Source: the human T2T-CHM13v2.0 reference genome, Homo sapiens
Direction: 5' to 3' (one strand)
Length of the DNA stretch: 64,000 nt
Assembly: GCF_009914755.1 (NCBI RefSeq)
Contig: NC_060941.1
In this document: piece after piece, positions 40,090-51,120 of the stretch
How the letters are laid out: each line of letters begins with the position of its first letter
Position numbering within the stretch: the first letter of the stretch is position 1
Notes under the pieces: model-generated
What the model was told of the DNA's origin: nothing
Databases searched by the model: none
Seen by the model: only the letters and a program-made list of their open reading frames with translations
Made by a program: the position numbers and the translations under genes

Positions 40090-41739
40090 CCAGATCTGCA
40101 GCACCTTGGCAGGGGGAGGGCCGTATTCAAGATGCACTGTAACTGGGCACCAGCCTCCAGGGACCATCCATGCTCATCTGCCACTGCCTTCTCAAATCAT
40201 TCTAGGTGCCAGTCCCATCTGATTATCCATGAACTTCCCAAGCCTCCTGACTTTTTGCTCATGCTTTTCCACGAATCTGAAATTATTGCTTTCACTTTTC
40301 TGCACGCTAAAAAGCTCCTTGTTTTTCAAGGCTTGTTTCCAATGCCATTCTGACCAAGAGGCCATTGCTGATCTCCACATTCAAAAGCAGCCCCTCCTCT
40401 CTTGTGTCTTCCTAGCATGTTGCTTATGTCTTGGTTTCCCTGTCCAAGTAATGGGTACACCAGTAGTTGCCCTTGTCACTCTCAGAGTTGTTGTGATGAT
40501 CAAATGACAGGATAGATATGAAATTGCTCACTAAGCCGATATGATGATGATGATGATCATGGAGGAAAAATACAGCACCTGTGAACTTCCATATGTAGAG
40601 TTTTTCTAAAATAAGGAATTACTTCTTCTTTTTAAAGATCTATACATGAAATCTTGGATTTGCAGCACTGGAATGTAGGGAACAAATTGATTATGTACAA
40701 CCTGAAGCCATTACATTTCCAGATTGGGATATCAATCTGTTATTCCCAGATTGGGAATCTCTTGCTGTTGACTTACAGTACTGCAGCTCAACTCTATCAC
40801 ACCCTGCAAAACCAAGACCACTGGCAAAGAAGGTCAATGTCATTGTTCTGACGCTAAGACACGTGGTGAAACCCAACTTCTGGGATACTCAGAGGGACAC
40901 TCAGGGCCATCAGTTTCCCTCACCAGCACAGTGAGCTGCAAAGCCTATCGCAATAGGCAGAGTGGGAAACTTTGGGGAAAGACAAAAAGTTTAATGTTTG
41001 CCACTTCTTAGGGAATGGTGACAGCACCAAGGCAGAAATATCTGGAGCTCAGCAGGATGTGTGAAGACTGGACTGAGAGAGGTAGGAGGTAGAAAGACGG
41101 GTGTGGGAACAAGCTAAGTCGGGCTCCTGGCTTGACAAATTATTATTCAGCTGGCTTGCCTGAATTGTGACATATTATTTATTAAAATGGAAGGAAAATT
41201 TAAAAAGTGAGATGTCAGCCCCAACCCCAACCTCCCTGAGCACAGGCAGCTGGCACAAAGCAGCCAGCACAAAGCAGCCTCTGCACAGCCTAAAAACTCA
41301 ACATGACAGCAGTGTGGGGAAGAGAAAGTCATCCCACCTATTTAGAATCATACAGACTCAGGGGAAAGCACTCCATATCTGCATGACCTTGAACAAGTCC
41401 TCTACCCGCTTTACACCTCAGAATTCTTATTATAAAACAGGGATAATCATATATTAGAGGGTCATTGTCAGGATTATGGGTGGAAAAGCATTTTGACAAA
41501 ATTCGATTTTGTTATAACTATTATTGTGAATGAGGATCATGATAGTGATTGGGTTGAAATTGTACAAATTTTTATTTAATTTTATTTTTTGATCATGTAT
41601 AGTAAATGGTTACTGGCCATCAACTTTTTTACATTAAGAAATAAACCCTGTCCTCAGGAAGTTAGCATGTTATCAGAGTAGACAGACTTATAATCCAATA
41701 ATTAAAACATATTACTTTGGGTCAGAGGACACACACGAT

Positions 41740-41870
41740 CATCTTCACTGTGCAGACAGGGAAACTGAGGATCAGAAGGCCAAATGGCTTGCCGAAGGTC
41801 ATGCAGCTAGGAAGCAGGGTCATAGCTCTGGCCTGGTCTTCTGATCCTTCATTCTACCTCCAGAATGACT
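41740..41870 (-). mobile_element. MIR
   Basis: cagacagggaaactgagg...cttgccgaaggtcatgcagcta. Confidence 0.7.
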
Positions 41871-41899
41871 GCCCTCCCCTCCTCACCCTCCTGGGTCAT

Positions 41900-42200
41900 A
41901 GAGTGGGCTGTGGCACTCCTGCTTACCTGTTGGGTGAGTCTGGATCATCAAGGAATTCCTCTAAGCCTCAGTTTCCTCCTTTTGCCATTAAACCACAATA
42001 ACTTTTGCACCAACCTAATAAAAATGTGGCATTTACACATGCCCTGTCTTACCTCACAAAGGTAAGATTGTGCTGTGTGCCGGATACCCCGCCAGTCACT
42101 TTACATATATCAAAGGGATTAAGGAAGCAATGCTTACATGCCAGATACCTGGCACAGAGTGAGCCCTCAGTGAAAGGTCTGAGCAGGTTGAGTAGCTCAT
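41900..42200 (+). mobile_element. MIR interrupted by a MADE1/Hsmar1 TIR remnant
   Basis: ctaagcctcagtttcctc | aaaatg...acctcacaaaggt...acctggcacagagtgagccctcagt. Confidence 0.65.
41980..42018. mobile_element. MADE1 / solo Hsmar1 terminal inverted repeat
   Basis: ttttgccatta-aaccacaataacttttgcaccaacctaa followed by TA. Confidence 0.85.
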
Positions 42201-42357
42201 TTCGTCGTTCCTAAAATTCCTTGTTAGCCCTATTTTGCAAGTGGAACTTGGAGAGGTTAAACAATTGAATGGAGGTCACATAGCTATTAAAAGATGGAAC
42301 TGACATACAAATCCTGATTTTAAAACTGTGCCCTTTCCACCTTTTAAAAGTACACGA

Positions 42358-42399
42358 GACGATGATGATGACGATGATGATGATGATGATGATGATGAT
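42358..42399. repeat. (GAT)n trinucleotide repeat
   Basis: ~14 GAT/GAC units. Confidence 0.95.
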
Positions 42400-43389
42400 C
42401 ACTTCTAGAAGAATGTCAAGGTAACCTACAGCAAAAGATGCTCCAGCCTCCTTCGGCCACCAAGAAGGATAAAAATACATGGGGTACCTGTGAGGCGTCC
42501 TTGCAGTTATCTGCTGGGAGCCTCCCAAAAGTCCAGACAGGAAGGTGTAGCCAGCTGAAGAGCATACATAGAATTACAATGGCCTGTCCTGGTGGAAGCA
42601 ACTTGCCATTGTCCGAGGCATGAAGCTCCAAGTGCAGGGCCATGGAGCCTGGGTCACGGCAATGGCACCATTCACCTGCTTATGTCTGATTAGGAAACAC
42701 TGTTGGTGGTGGCAGTGCCTCATGTCAGGAACAGCTCAAGTACTAGGCATTCCCCTCTGGGCTTGAGACAGAGAGGAACTGTGGAAGAGGCTAAAATTCA
42801 ATTCTAGCAGGTGGGAAGTGGCTGGATATAAATATTTTAAGACAACAAATATGATTCAGAAAGCTAATTGGAACTCGCTGACACCACCAAGGGCTCCTGG
42901 CAGCATGACACACAGATGGGAGTAGGAATCTCCGCCTCGGCATTAGAATACATACTGTAAATACCATGGAGGAAGCTGTCTGTCCCCTCCAGGGACACAC
43001 GTCTAAGTCCTCAATAGAAAGCTGGTACATGGGACAGGGAGAGGAAAGGTGGAGAAGATGGGCACTGAACAGCAGCCTGGCTTTTTGTCTTGGATTTGTC
43101 TAATTTCCTGAGAAAGTCACTTAACCTTTCTGAGCCTCAGTTTCCTCATCTATAAAATGGGTAGAGAGTGAAGGTGGTAGTGGGCAGGGATTAGACTCAA
43201 TGATCTTTAAATTGCCTAGCTCTTTCCCTGCTCTGGCACTGTGAGATTCCAGGAATCTATAGCCACCTCTTGGATTTCATGTTTGGTTGTTGAGCAGCAA
43301 GATAGCTTAGGGGGTTTAGCACCTGGACTCTGGAGATGGACAGCCTGAGTTCAAACATCAGCTCTGCCACTTATTGCATGGTACTGGCA

Positions 43390-44038
43390 ATATTACCCGT
43401 ATACATAGGTAAGAGGGGCCCTGCTCTGGGCCCCACACTTTCCAGGGTGTTTCTCTGATCCTCTTCCATCTGTACCCTTCCTTACAGGAAGCAAGAGGAC
43501 ATGTCCACCAGGCACTCATATTCTCAAACTAGACCACACTCTGGGTCCCTGGAATTCTCTGCCTAAATGACTCCAAGCCAGCTGACAGGGCCCAGATGGG
43601 CCTCACCTTTGGGTCTATCCTCTCTAGGGTGGACCTTGGCATTGATGAATGCACCCTCTCCTCCCAAGGGGTTGCAGTTTGATGTGGAGTGTCCAGGGGT
43701 TGGATGTGTGGGCTGGGGTATCCATGTGCATGCACAAAAACTCCCTTACAGTTTAAGACACAGCTAAAATAGAAGGACAATTCGGGAGAGCTGTGGGTCA
43801 GGGACCCCTCTCCCTGGGTACTGGTTCTGGTCTGGGATTCCTAAGAGTTGCAGAATTCTGAATTCAAACCGGGCTTTGTAGTCATTATAAAGGTCTATTT
43901 TTCAAGCAGAATGATAGAATGTATTTAATTTAACTAGTTGTTGGCTGGATTCAAAACTTGCAAATATTTAGATATGTGTTACATGGGCTTCCACTGGCAC
44001 TCTTGTCCTGGGCCTCACAGATGTTAGTGGGGAACCTG
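43390..44038 (-). mobile_element. MER115/Zaphod-like hAT-Tip100 element inside a MIR
   Basis: aaatatttagatatg...gggcttccactggcactcttgtcctgggcctcacagatgttag...cctg terminus; MIR halves at ~43295-43385 and ~44040-44520. Confidence 0.75.
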
Positions 44039-44119
44039 GCTCCTGGGAACATTATTTAACCTTGTAATACTGGGTTTCCTCCTTTGTAAACTGGAAATAA
44101 TATTAAAACTAACATCATA

Positions 44120-44424
44120 GACTTGGTGTGGTGGCTCATGCCTGTAATCCCAGCACTTTGGGAGGCCAAGGCAGGTGGATTACTTGAGCTCAGGAGCTGG
44201 AGACCATCCTGGGCAAAATGGTGAAACCCCATCTCTACAAAAGATACTAAAAAAATTAGCTGGGCATAGGGGCATGCACCTGTAGTCCCAGCTACTAGGG
44301 GACTGAGGTGGGAGGATCCCTTGAACTCGGGAGGTCCAGACTGCAGGGAGCCATGTTTGCACCACTGCACTCCAGTCTGGGTGACAATGTGAGACCCTGT
44401 TTCAAAACAAAACAAAAAACAAAC
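44120..44424 (+). mobile_element. AluJ
   Basis: Full dimer; TSD ctaacatcata (44109-44119, 44425-44435). Confidence 0.95.
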
Positions 44425-45869
44425 CTAACATCATAAAATTGTTGCATGGGTCAATCAGTTGACTCACATAAACTAGTCCTATGCTCAATTCAGTAGGGCA
44501 TTAGCTGTTGTTATTTTTCTGTCATTCAGACCTGGGATGATACCCACAAATGCCCTGCAGACTTCTTGGTCTCCCACTATAATGGTTTCAACCTGTCCTG
44601 CCACCCTGCACATGGTGACTGATCCAGGTAGCCTGACTACAACACTGCCTGGCATACTGTTACCTTTTGAGGTCACCTTCAGCCTGTGTAGCACCCCCAG
44701 CCTCTGTTCTCTGCTGGGAGCTCTCCACCCTGGGGAAAAAAAGGACTCATTCCCTGTGTGGCTAAAGCCAGCAAATGAGACATGTGCAGTGAGCTGTTTA
44801 GAGCCAAAGGAAATAGGCAAATAAAGGTTTCTTCAAATGTCACCATCCCAGCTAGGGTAAGATGCATGGGAGCTAAAATACACAATCTTCTTCTTGGTAG
44901 CAAAAAAATAAGTTTGAATTCAGGGATCAGGCCTTGACCATGTCATTAACAGTCCTGCTTGGAGACCTGGCTCATGATAACAAGCTGGTGGGAAGAATTG
45001 CTCTTTTGATTTAACCTTGCTATCTGTCATTAAACAGCCTTCTGTAGTTTCTCTGATATGCTTATTTTATTTTTCTGGCATCACGCCAGTTAAAAGTAGG
45101 ATAAATGATAAGTCTGTTAACGAATACCTCAGTTAATTTTATGGCAGAGATTGCAGAGCAGGGAGCAGGTGAGACCATTCCTGCACTGTGGGCTGATAAC
45201 CATTTCGGGCATCAAACATTTATTAAGGACCAATAATAAAAGCCCTTGTGATGGTGTAATGGCTCATTCTAAATGCTTCCTGCTAATAAAATGAGCATTG
45301 ATTTGAAAGGCAATATTTAAATTCCATCCACAGCATGTCAAGGAAAGGACAACTGTGTCTGACGCGTGAGAAGCACTTAGCCAACTTGTTTAATCATCAG
45401 ATGCTCTGTAAATTGTGTGTGCTCTTGGCAGGTGGGAAAATGTTCCCTAGGAAATGCTTCATTAGGGGAGGTAACCACAGAGCAGGGTTCAAATCCTAGC
45501 TCCCTACATTTGGGCTGGGTGACTTTGGACTGGGTACACAAACTCTCTTAGCTTTTACTGGCTCCTGCATAAAACAGAGATATTCATAACTTTCATGTGC
45601 TGTGGCTTGGGGAGTTAAAGAAGTGATTACATAAAGTGATACAGCAGCATCAATACATTTTAAGCTCCTTTCCCCTTTCCCTTAAGCTTGAACATGGCCC
45701 TGCTCTGGGTAAACACATTTCTAGCTTCAGGTAAATTACTGTGCCATGAACAAAGTAACAGGCTCAGAAATCGATGGGCTCCTCTCTCTTGTAAAGACTA
45801 CTTCCTATGTGTACCTTGATCGCCATTCCAACCTGGATACATGTCACATGTCCATGCTAATCTTCTGAT

Positions 45870-47362
45870 TGTTAATATAGGGAACTTGATCATGACATTC
45901 ACATGAGAACAGTCTTTCAGTGGTCCTGAGGACAAAATCCACACAAGCCAGCACTGCCTCTGAGACCTGTCTCCTGCCTCCTTGCGTTCCCTATCCCCTG
46001 GAGCCTCACCGTGCCCCCTTGCTGTTCCATGGGCACTTACCATTCCAGTCCCATGCTCTGTCCCAGCTTCCTGCCTTTGCACATGCTGTTCCCTCTTCCT
46101 GGAATATCTTCCACCACTTCTTCCTGAATAGCTCCTTTTACCCTTAGGGGAAGCTGAGGGGTCCTCTCTAGAAGGACTTCAGTGTTAGCTTTCTCTAACC
46201 CCCGAGCTTCTCTTCGCTAGCAATAACTGCATTACACTGAAATGGCTTTTTCTTCTTCTCTCTTGGACTGAAGGCGAGTCTCACATCTGTCTGTCAAGCA
46301 GCCATCACAGTGCCTGGCATCGAGTCAACATTTTATGAGTTTGTTGACTCAGCTCTCATTCCTTAGGAAGGCTCATCCAGTCTCAGAGATTTAAAAACAA
46401 TCTGTATGCTGAGGACTCACGAATAAATCTGGCTCAGCCCACTCCCTTAACCTCTCTACACACAGACACCCAACTGCCCACTTACAAATCTCACTCGGAT
46501 GTTCAAGCCTGTCCAAAACTGAGATCCTGATGATCCTTCCCAAACCGGCTCCTTCTCCAGTCCTTCTCTTCATTGCAGATGGAAGCTTCATCTTTCATTG
46601 TTCAGACCAAAAAATCTGATGTTGTCCCTGTTACTTCCCTTACATCCTATATCTGGTCTGGCTGTGATTCTGTTGGCTCTAGCCTCAAAACAGATTCAGA
46701 ATATGGCCCCTTCTTATCACCCCCATTTTCACCTTGATTATTGCAGTAGCTGCATATGGGCTATCTCCCTGTTTGCTTCCACCCTTGCCCCCTGCAGTTT
46801 ATTCCCAGCACAGCAGTCAGAGTGATCCTGTGAAATGACATCACTCCTCTGCTCACAATCCTCCAATGACTCTCCATCACCCTCAGAGTAATGCTAGATT
46901 CCTTACCACTGTGATAAGGGCCTACAGTCTGGCTCGTGCTACCTGCCAAGCTCACCTCCACTGTTCTTTGGGAACCCCAGGCAAGCCCCTGCTGCAGGGC
47001 CTTTGCATTGGCTGTTCCCTCTGCCTGGAATGCTCCTTCCCCAGAGTCACATGGCTAGCTTCCTTCCTCCAGGTCTTTCCCAGATGCCACCTTCTCGGAG
47101 AGACCTCCTCTGGCCACCTTACCTAAAATTTCACCTCCCAACACATATTCCCTTCTCCTGATTTATTTTTCTTCTTAGCACTTGTTCATCATACTGTATG
47201 TTTTACTTATGTATCTTGTTTATTTTCTATCTCCTCCAAGCAGTGAGGACATGGATTTTGATCTGTGTGTTAAGTTCTGTGTCCTCTGTTCCTACAGCAG
47301 TGCTCGATCCACAGTAGGTGGTCCATTAAACACTAGTTTGTTGGCTCAATGAATGAACGAAT
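45870..47362 (+). mobile_element. Two tandem L2 3' segments (junction ~46350)
   Basis: gcctttgcacatgctgttccctct...; gggcctttgcattggctgttccctctgcctggaatgc; ends tgaatgaacgaat. Confidence 0.8.
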
Positions 47363-47413
47363 GTCTTCTTCAGGGGAGAAGCCAACTCCGGCAGCCCTCC
47401 AGTAGCCTGGGAC

Positions 47414-48232
47414 TGAGGGGGAGGTGGGACTCAACTCTGGAGGCAGGGACTTGACTCTAGACCAGATTGAAGACTAGCTGAAACAGCAAAGAGGCAAAAG
47501 CACCTCTCCATGAGACGTGCCCACCAATGCCATGTCAGTTTACTGTTGCCATGGCAACATCTAAACGTTACCACCCCCTTTCATGGCAATGACCTAGAAG
47601 TTACCACCCCTTTTCTAGACATTTCTGAATAACTCACCCTTTAATTTGCATGTAATTAAAATGAGTATAAACATGACTGCAGCCCTGCCTCTGAGCTTCT
47701 ACTCTGGGCACACTGCCTATAGAGTAGCCCTGCTCGGTAAGGAGCAGTATATCTGCTGCTGCTGCTCTATGTGGCCACTTCAATAAAAGCTGCTGTCTAG
47801 GCTGGGCATGGTGGCTCACACCTGTAATTCCAGCACTTTGGGAAACTGAGGCAGGCAGATCACTTGAGCCCAGAAGTTCGAGACCAGCCTGGGGAACATG
47901 GTGAAACCTTGTCTTTGAAAAATTATAAAAACAATTAGCTGGGCATGGTGATGCATGCCCATGGTCCCACCTACTCAGGAGTCTGAGCTGGGAGGATTGC
48001 TGGAGCCCAGGAGGTGGGGATTGCAGTGGACCAAGATCATGCCACTTGGTGACACGGTGAGACTGTCTCAAAAAAAAAAAAAAAAAAGAAAAAGAAAAGA
48101 AAAAAGAAAAAAAAAGGTGCCGTCTAACACTACTGGCTTGCCCTTGATTCCTTGAATTATTTCCTGGGTAAAGCCAAGAACCCATCCTGGGCTAAGCCCC
48201 AATTTTGAGGCTCACCTGGCCTGCCTGCATCA
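47414..48232 (+). mobile_element. ERV1 solo LTR (LTR26-like) interrupted by AluJ
   Basis: TG...CA ends; 4-bp TSD ggac/gaac; ccatggcaac...gttaccacccc duplicated motif; TATA-like gtataaac (~47665); aataaa (47782). Confidence 0.8.
47800..48111 (+). mobile_element. AluJ
   Basis: TSD aaaagctgctgtcta / aaaaggtgccgtcta; small right-arm deletion. Confidence 0.95.
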
Positions 48233-48235
48233 GAA

Positions 48236-48249
48236 CCAGCAGGTGGCAC
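48236..48249 (+). promoter_or_regulatory. Candidate CTCF motif
   Basis: CCAGCAGGTGGCAC fits the CTCF core CCASYAGRKGGCRS; binding not shown. Confidence 0.4.
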
Positions 48250-50496
48250 AAACACCAACGATGCGGATGGGCTCCACAGCGAGCAGCGAGTAGTCTTTGG
48301 CCACATGAGCAATAATGGAGCTAACTCCCCACAGGGACAGCTGCGGGTTCATTATGCGTGATGAGTTTGGGAGGGAGAAAATGGGCTGTTTGGAGTCACT
48401 GGGCTGCTAGAAGAAGGAATGGTTTTCTCTCTAGGGAAGATTTTGAATAGGATTTCAGAGCAGGAAGATATTAAGTGTGAGATGGGAAGCAGTGTGTGTA
48501 GGGCTCAGAGACCTCATCCCCCTAGAGATTGTCCGCCCCATCTGGGTGCACAGTGTGGCCAGCAGGTCAGCACCTCCCGTGGGGGTCCATCAAGGGGTGC
48601 AGCAGGGCTCTTGCTGGACTTGGCAGCTGGACTAGGACTTTGCACAAAATGTAAAGCAAAGTATGCACCCAGAAGCCCATTCTTCCATTAACTTATAGAT
48701 ATATTTAAAAACTAGATAAGAGTTGCTATGGAGAGCGAACGTGACTTTAAGACATAATTGCAGTTCATTGTTATTTTCCTAAATAATGCGGGTGTCTACA
48801 TGGCTCCTTCCTGCTTTATTTAGCTTCATCTTTCCAGCTGGAGCTTGCTCCTGGATGGGTGGGGGTGACCTTCATTGGCCTCTCTCTACCCTGGGGGATG
48901 GTCATGTCCTTCAGGAGTGGGTGGTGGATAGGCTCTGTCTTTGTTTTTCTCCGGGGACCACCCTGCTCCATGGACACATAGGATAGAGCTGGGCACTCAC
49001 TCCTCTGCGTCCTGCTCACACAGCACTTCAAACGCCAGAGAGAAAAAAAGCAACAGGATAGCCCTTTGATTCAGCGAGAAAGGTGGCACGTGGTGTCTGC
49101 TCCAGTGAGCCCAGAAAATTTGCACGTGCTAAACCAGAGACACATTGGCCCCTTTTGGCTAAACACCTAGGAGCCCATGGCCCCTTTCATCCTTACCCAT
49201 AGCTCCACTAGTGCCTGTATTATGTTGTGTTAGAATCCATGTCTGTCTCAGAAGCAGCCCGAAGGCAGGGATCACATCCAGTGGATTTTTATAGCCCCAA
49301 AGCTTAGTCCTGCCTCTGGCGCATAATAATGCATCTCTGTGTAAAACCATGTGCTTTTTCAAAGCTTATTTTTTTAGGCATTCTGGGTAGCAATTCCTCT
49401 GATCCACCCAGTCTGGGGTTCCACCCTGAGTCCAGCCCACACAGTTGGAGGACTGACTGGAGCCCTCATAAGAAGAAACTGGACCTCTGTAGAATGATGC
49501 GAAGAAATGTTTTCCTTCTCTCCCCACGTGCCCACTCCCATTAATAAAGAAGGGAACTTCCTCCAGCACTTCTGTCCTCTTGAAGCGCTGAGGCTGGAGT
49601 ATCTACTCCTCTGCCCGCCTTTTTATTCCACTCAACTGAGGCGAGATGCTAATATGATGGGGGAATGACCATCAGTGGCCTCTTTATTCTCGGGGTTGGC
49701 AATGTTATTAAGGAGTGGGTGATGGACTCTACCTTTATTATTTTTCTGGGACCTGCCCTGCACATAGTACAGGCTCACTCCTCAGGTCCCTGCTCATATA
49801 GGGTGAGCACACTGGAGTGGGATCCTGGCTGCGGGTGGCTTGCCACTCTCTCTCTGAGTATGTGGGGCAGGCCAGTGTCTAGCTGAGTAGGGTTTTCACA
49901 ATGTGACTGCCCCAAGCAAAGTCCAAGTTCTAAGTTAGGGGAGAAGGTTATTAGATACCTATTTCGTCCTTAGGTAAGTCATGTTCCCTAATCTGGCTCA
50001 GGCCAAAGCCCTGCATTTTGGGAGGTATTAAACATATACCTGGCCTGGAATCAAGCTGCTATTTGGTTGGCATCTAGCTCGTGATCCTTGTGTCTATTTT
50101 CTAATGGTGAGACCTGGAGGAGTGGTGGAGTGAGGCTTAGATTCCTCTTACCTCTGAGAGTTGGGCTTTCAGAGAGACCTGCACTCAGTCATGTTTTCCC
50201 TCACCAATGTGGGGTCTTTCTCTTAAGTCTGGTTATTGTCTGGTCTTTTGTCTCATGAATATCAAAATCCCCTAGAAAAATGTAGCCTGTCATTTTCCCA
50301 GGCAGGCCCTACTTGTCTCTCCCCTTGTCCAGCTCTGGTCACTACGTTCTTGTTACCTGCAGGCTCAGCCCATGTCCAGCTGCTAAGTCAGTGAGAAGCC
50401 AGCCTGGCAGAGTATGAGGAGCCCTTCATGCCATCTGGGCAGGATGAGAAGATCAGCTGCTGCCACCCCCGGGAGTCAGGCAGGGAGACAGCCTGT

Positions 50497-51120
50497 TGTG
50501 GATATTTGTTGTGTCTACTGCCTGATATCCATTTCACCCTGCTGGTAACTAGTCCCCAGTTTTCCTCTTGAGGGCTCGCCTGTCCCACCTCCACCCATCT
50601 CATGTGCTTCAGATAAAGTTGACTCTACCCAGACTCCAAAAGTGGCAACCATGAGTAAGCCACACTGACCAGTGCATTTCATCCTCCAGCCAAGTTGGGT
50701 CAGACATGAGCATGTGACCCAAGTGAGGCCAATTACAGCCAGTGAAACTCAATTCTAGCACATGTGTGTGTGCATGTGTGCATATGCGTGTGAACATGTA
50801 CATGTCCACTATTAGAGAAGTGGGCTTTCATTTCCACTGGATGTGAAGCTGAAAGGATGCAGAATAGGGAATTTTTAGCAGCCATCATGAAGAGACAGAA
50901 GGGCCATGAATGAAGCCAACACTGAGGAAGCAGAGCCAGATGGAGAGACAAACCTTATCCAGGTGACAGCATTTGATCCCTGGGTTGAGCCATGCCTGAA
51001 GTCAGAAGAGTCTACTTGAATGGACTATTCAGTTACATGACCTGATAAGGTCTCTTGTTTACTTAAGAAAGTTTGACTGGCATTTTCTCACTTGCAACCA
51101 AAAGTGCCCTCACCGATACA
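50497..51120 (+). mobile_element. MLT1K-like MaLR LTR
   Basis: tgtgg...gcatgtgacccaag...aatgaagccaacac...agccatgcctgaag...cacttgcaaccaaaag...gataca. Confidence 0.8.

Noticed and set aside
40100-41037. RE1-like cagcaccNNggcag words at ~40100 and ~41022
   Set aside because: Both lack the A of GGACAG, so the spacing is wrong
47634-48185. 183-aa ORF and similar ORFs at 1580, 2583, 5942, 20201, 38230, 44056, 61722
   Set aside because: Translations of Alu sequence (typical [18 protein letters not shown] patterns)
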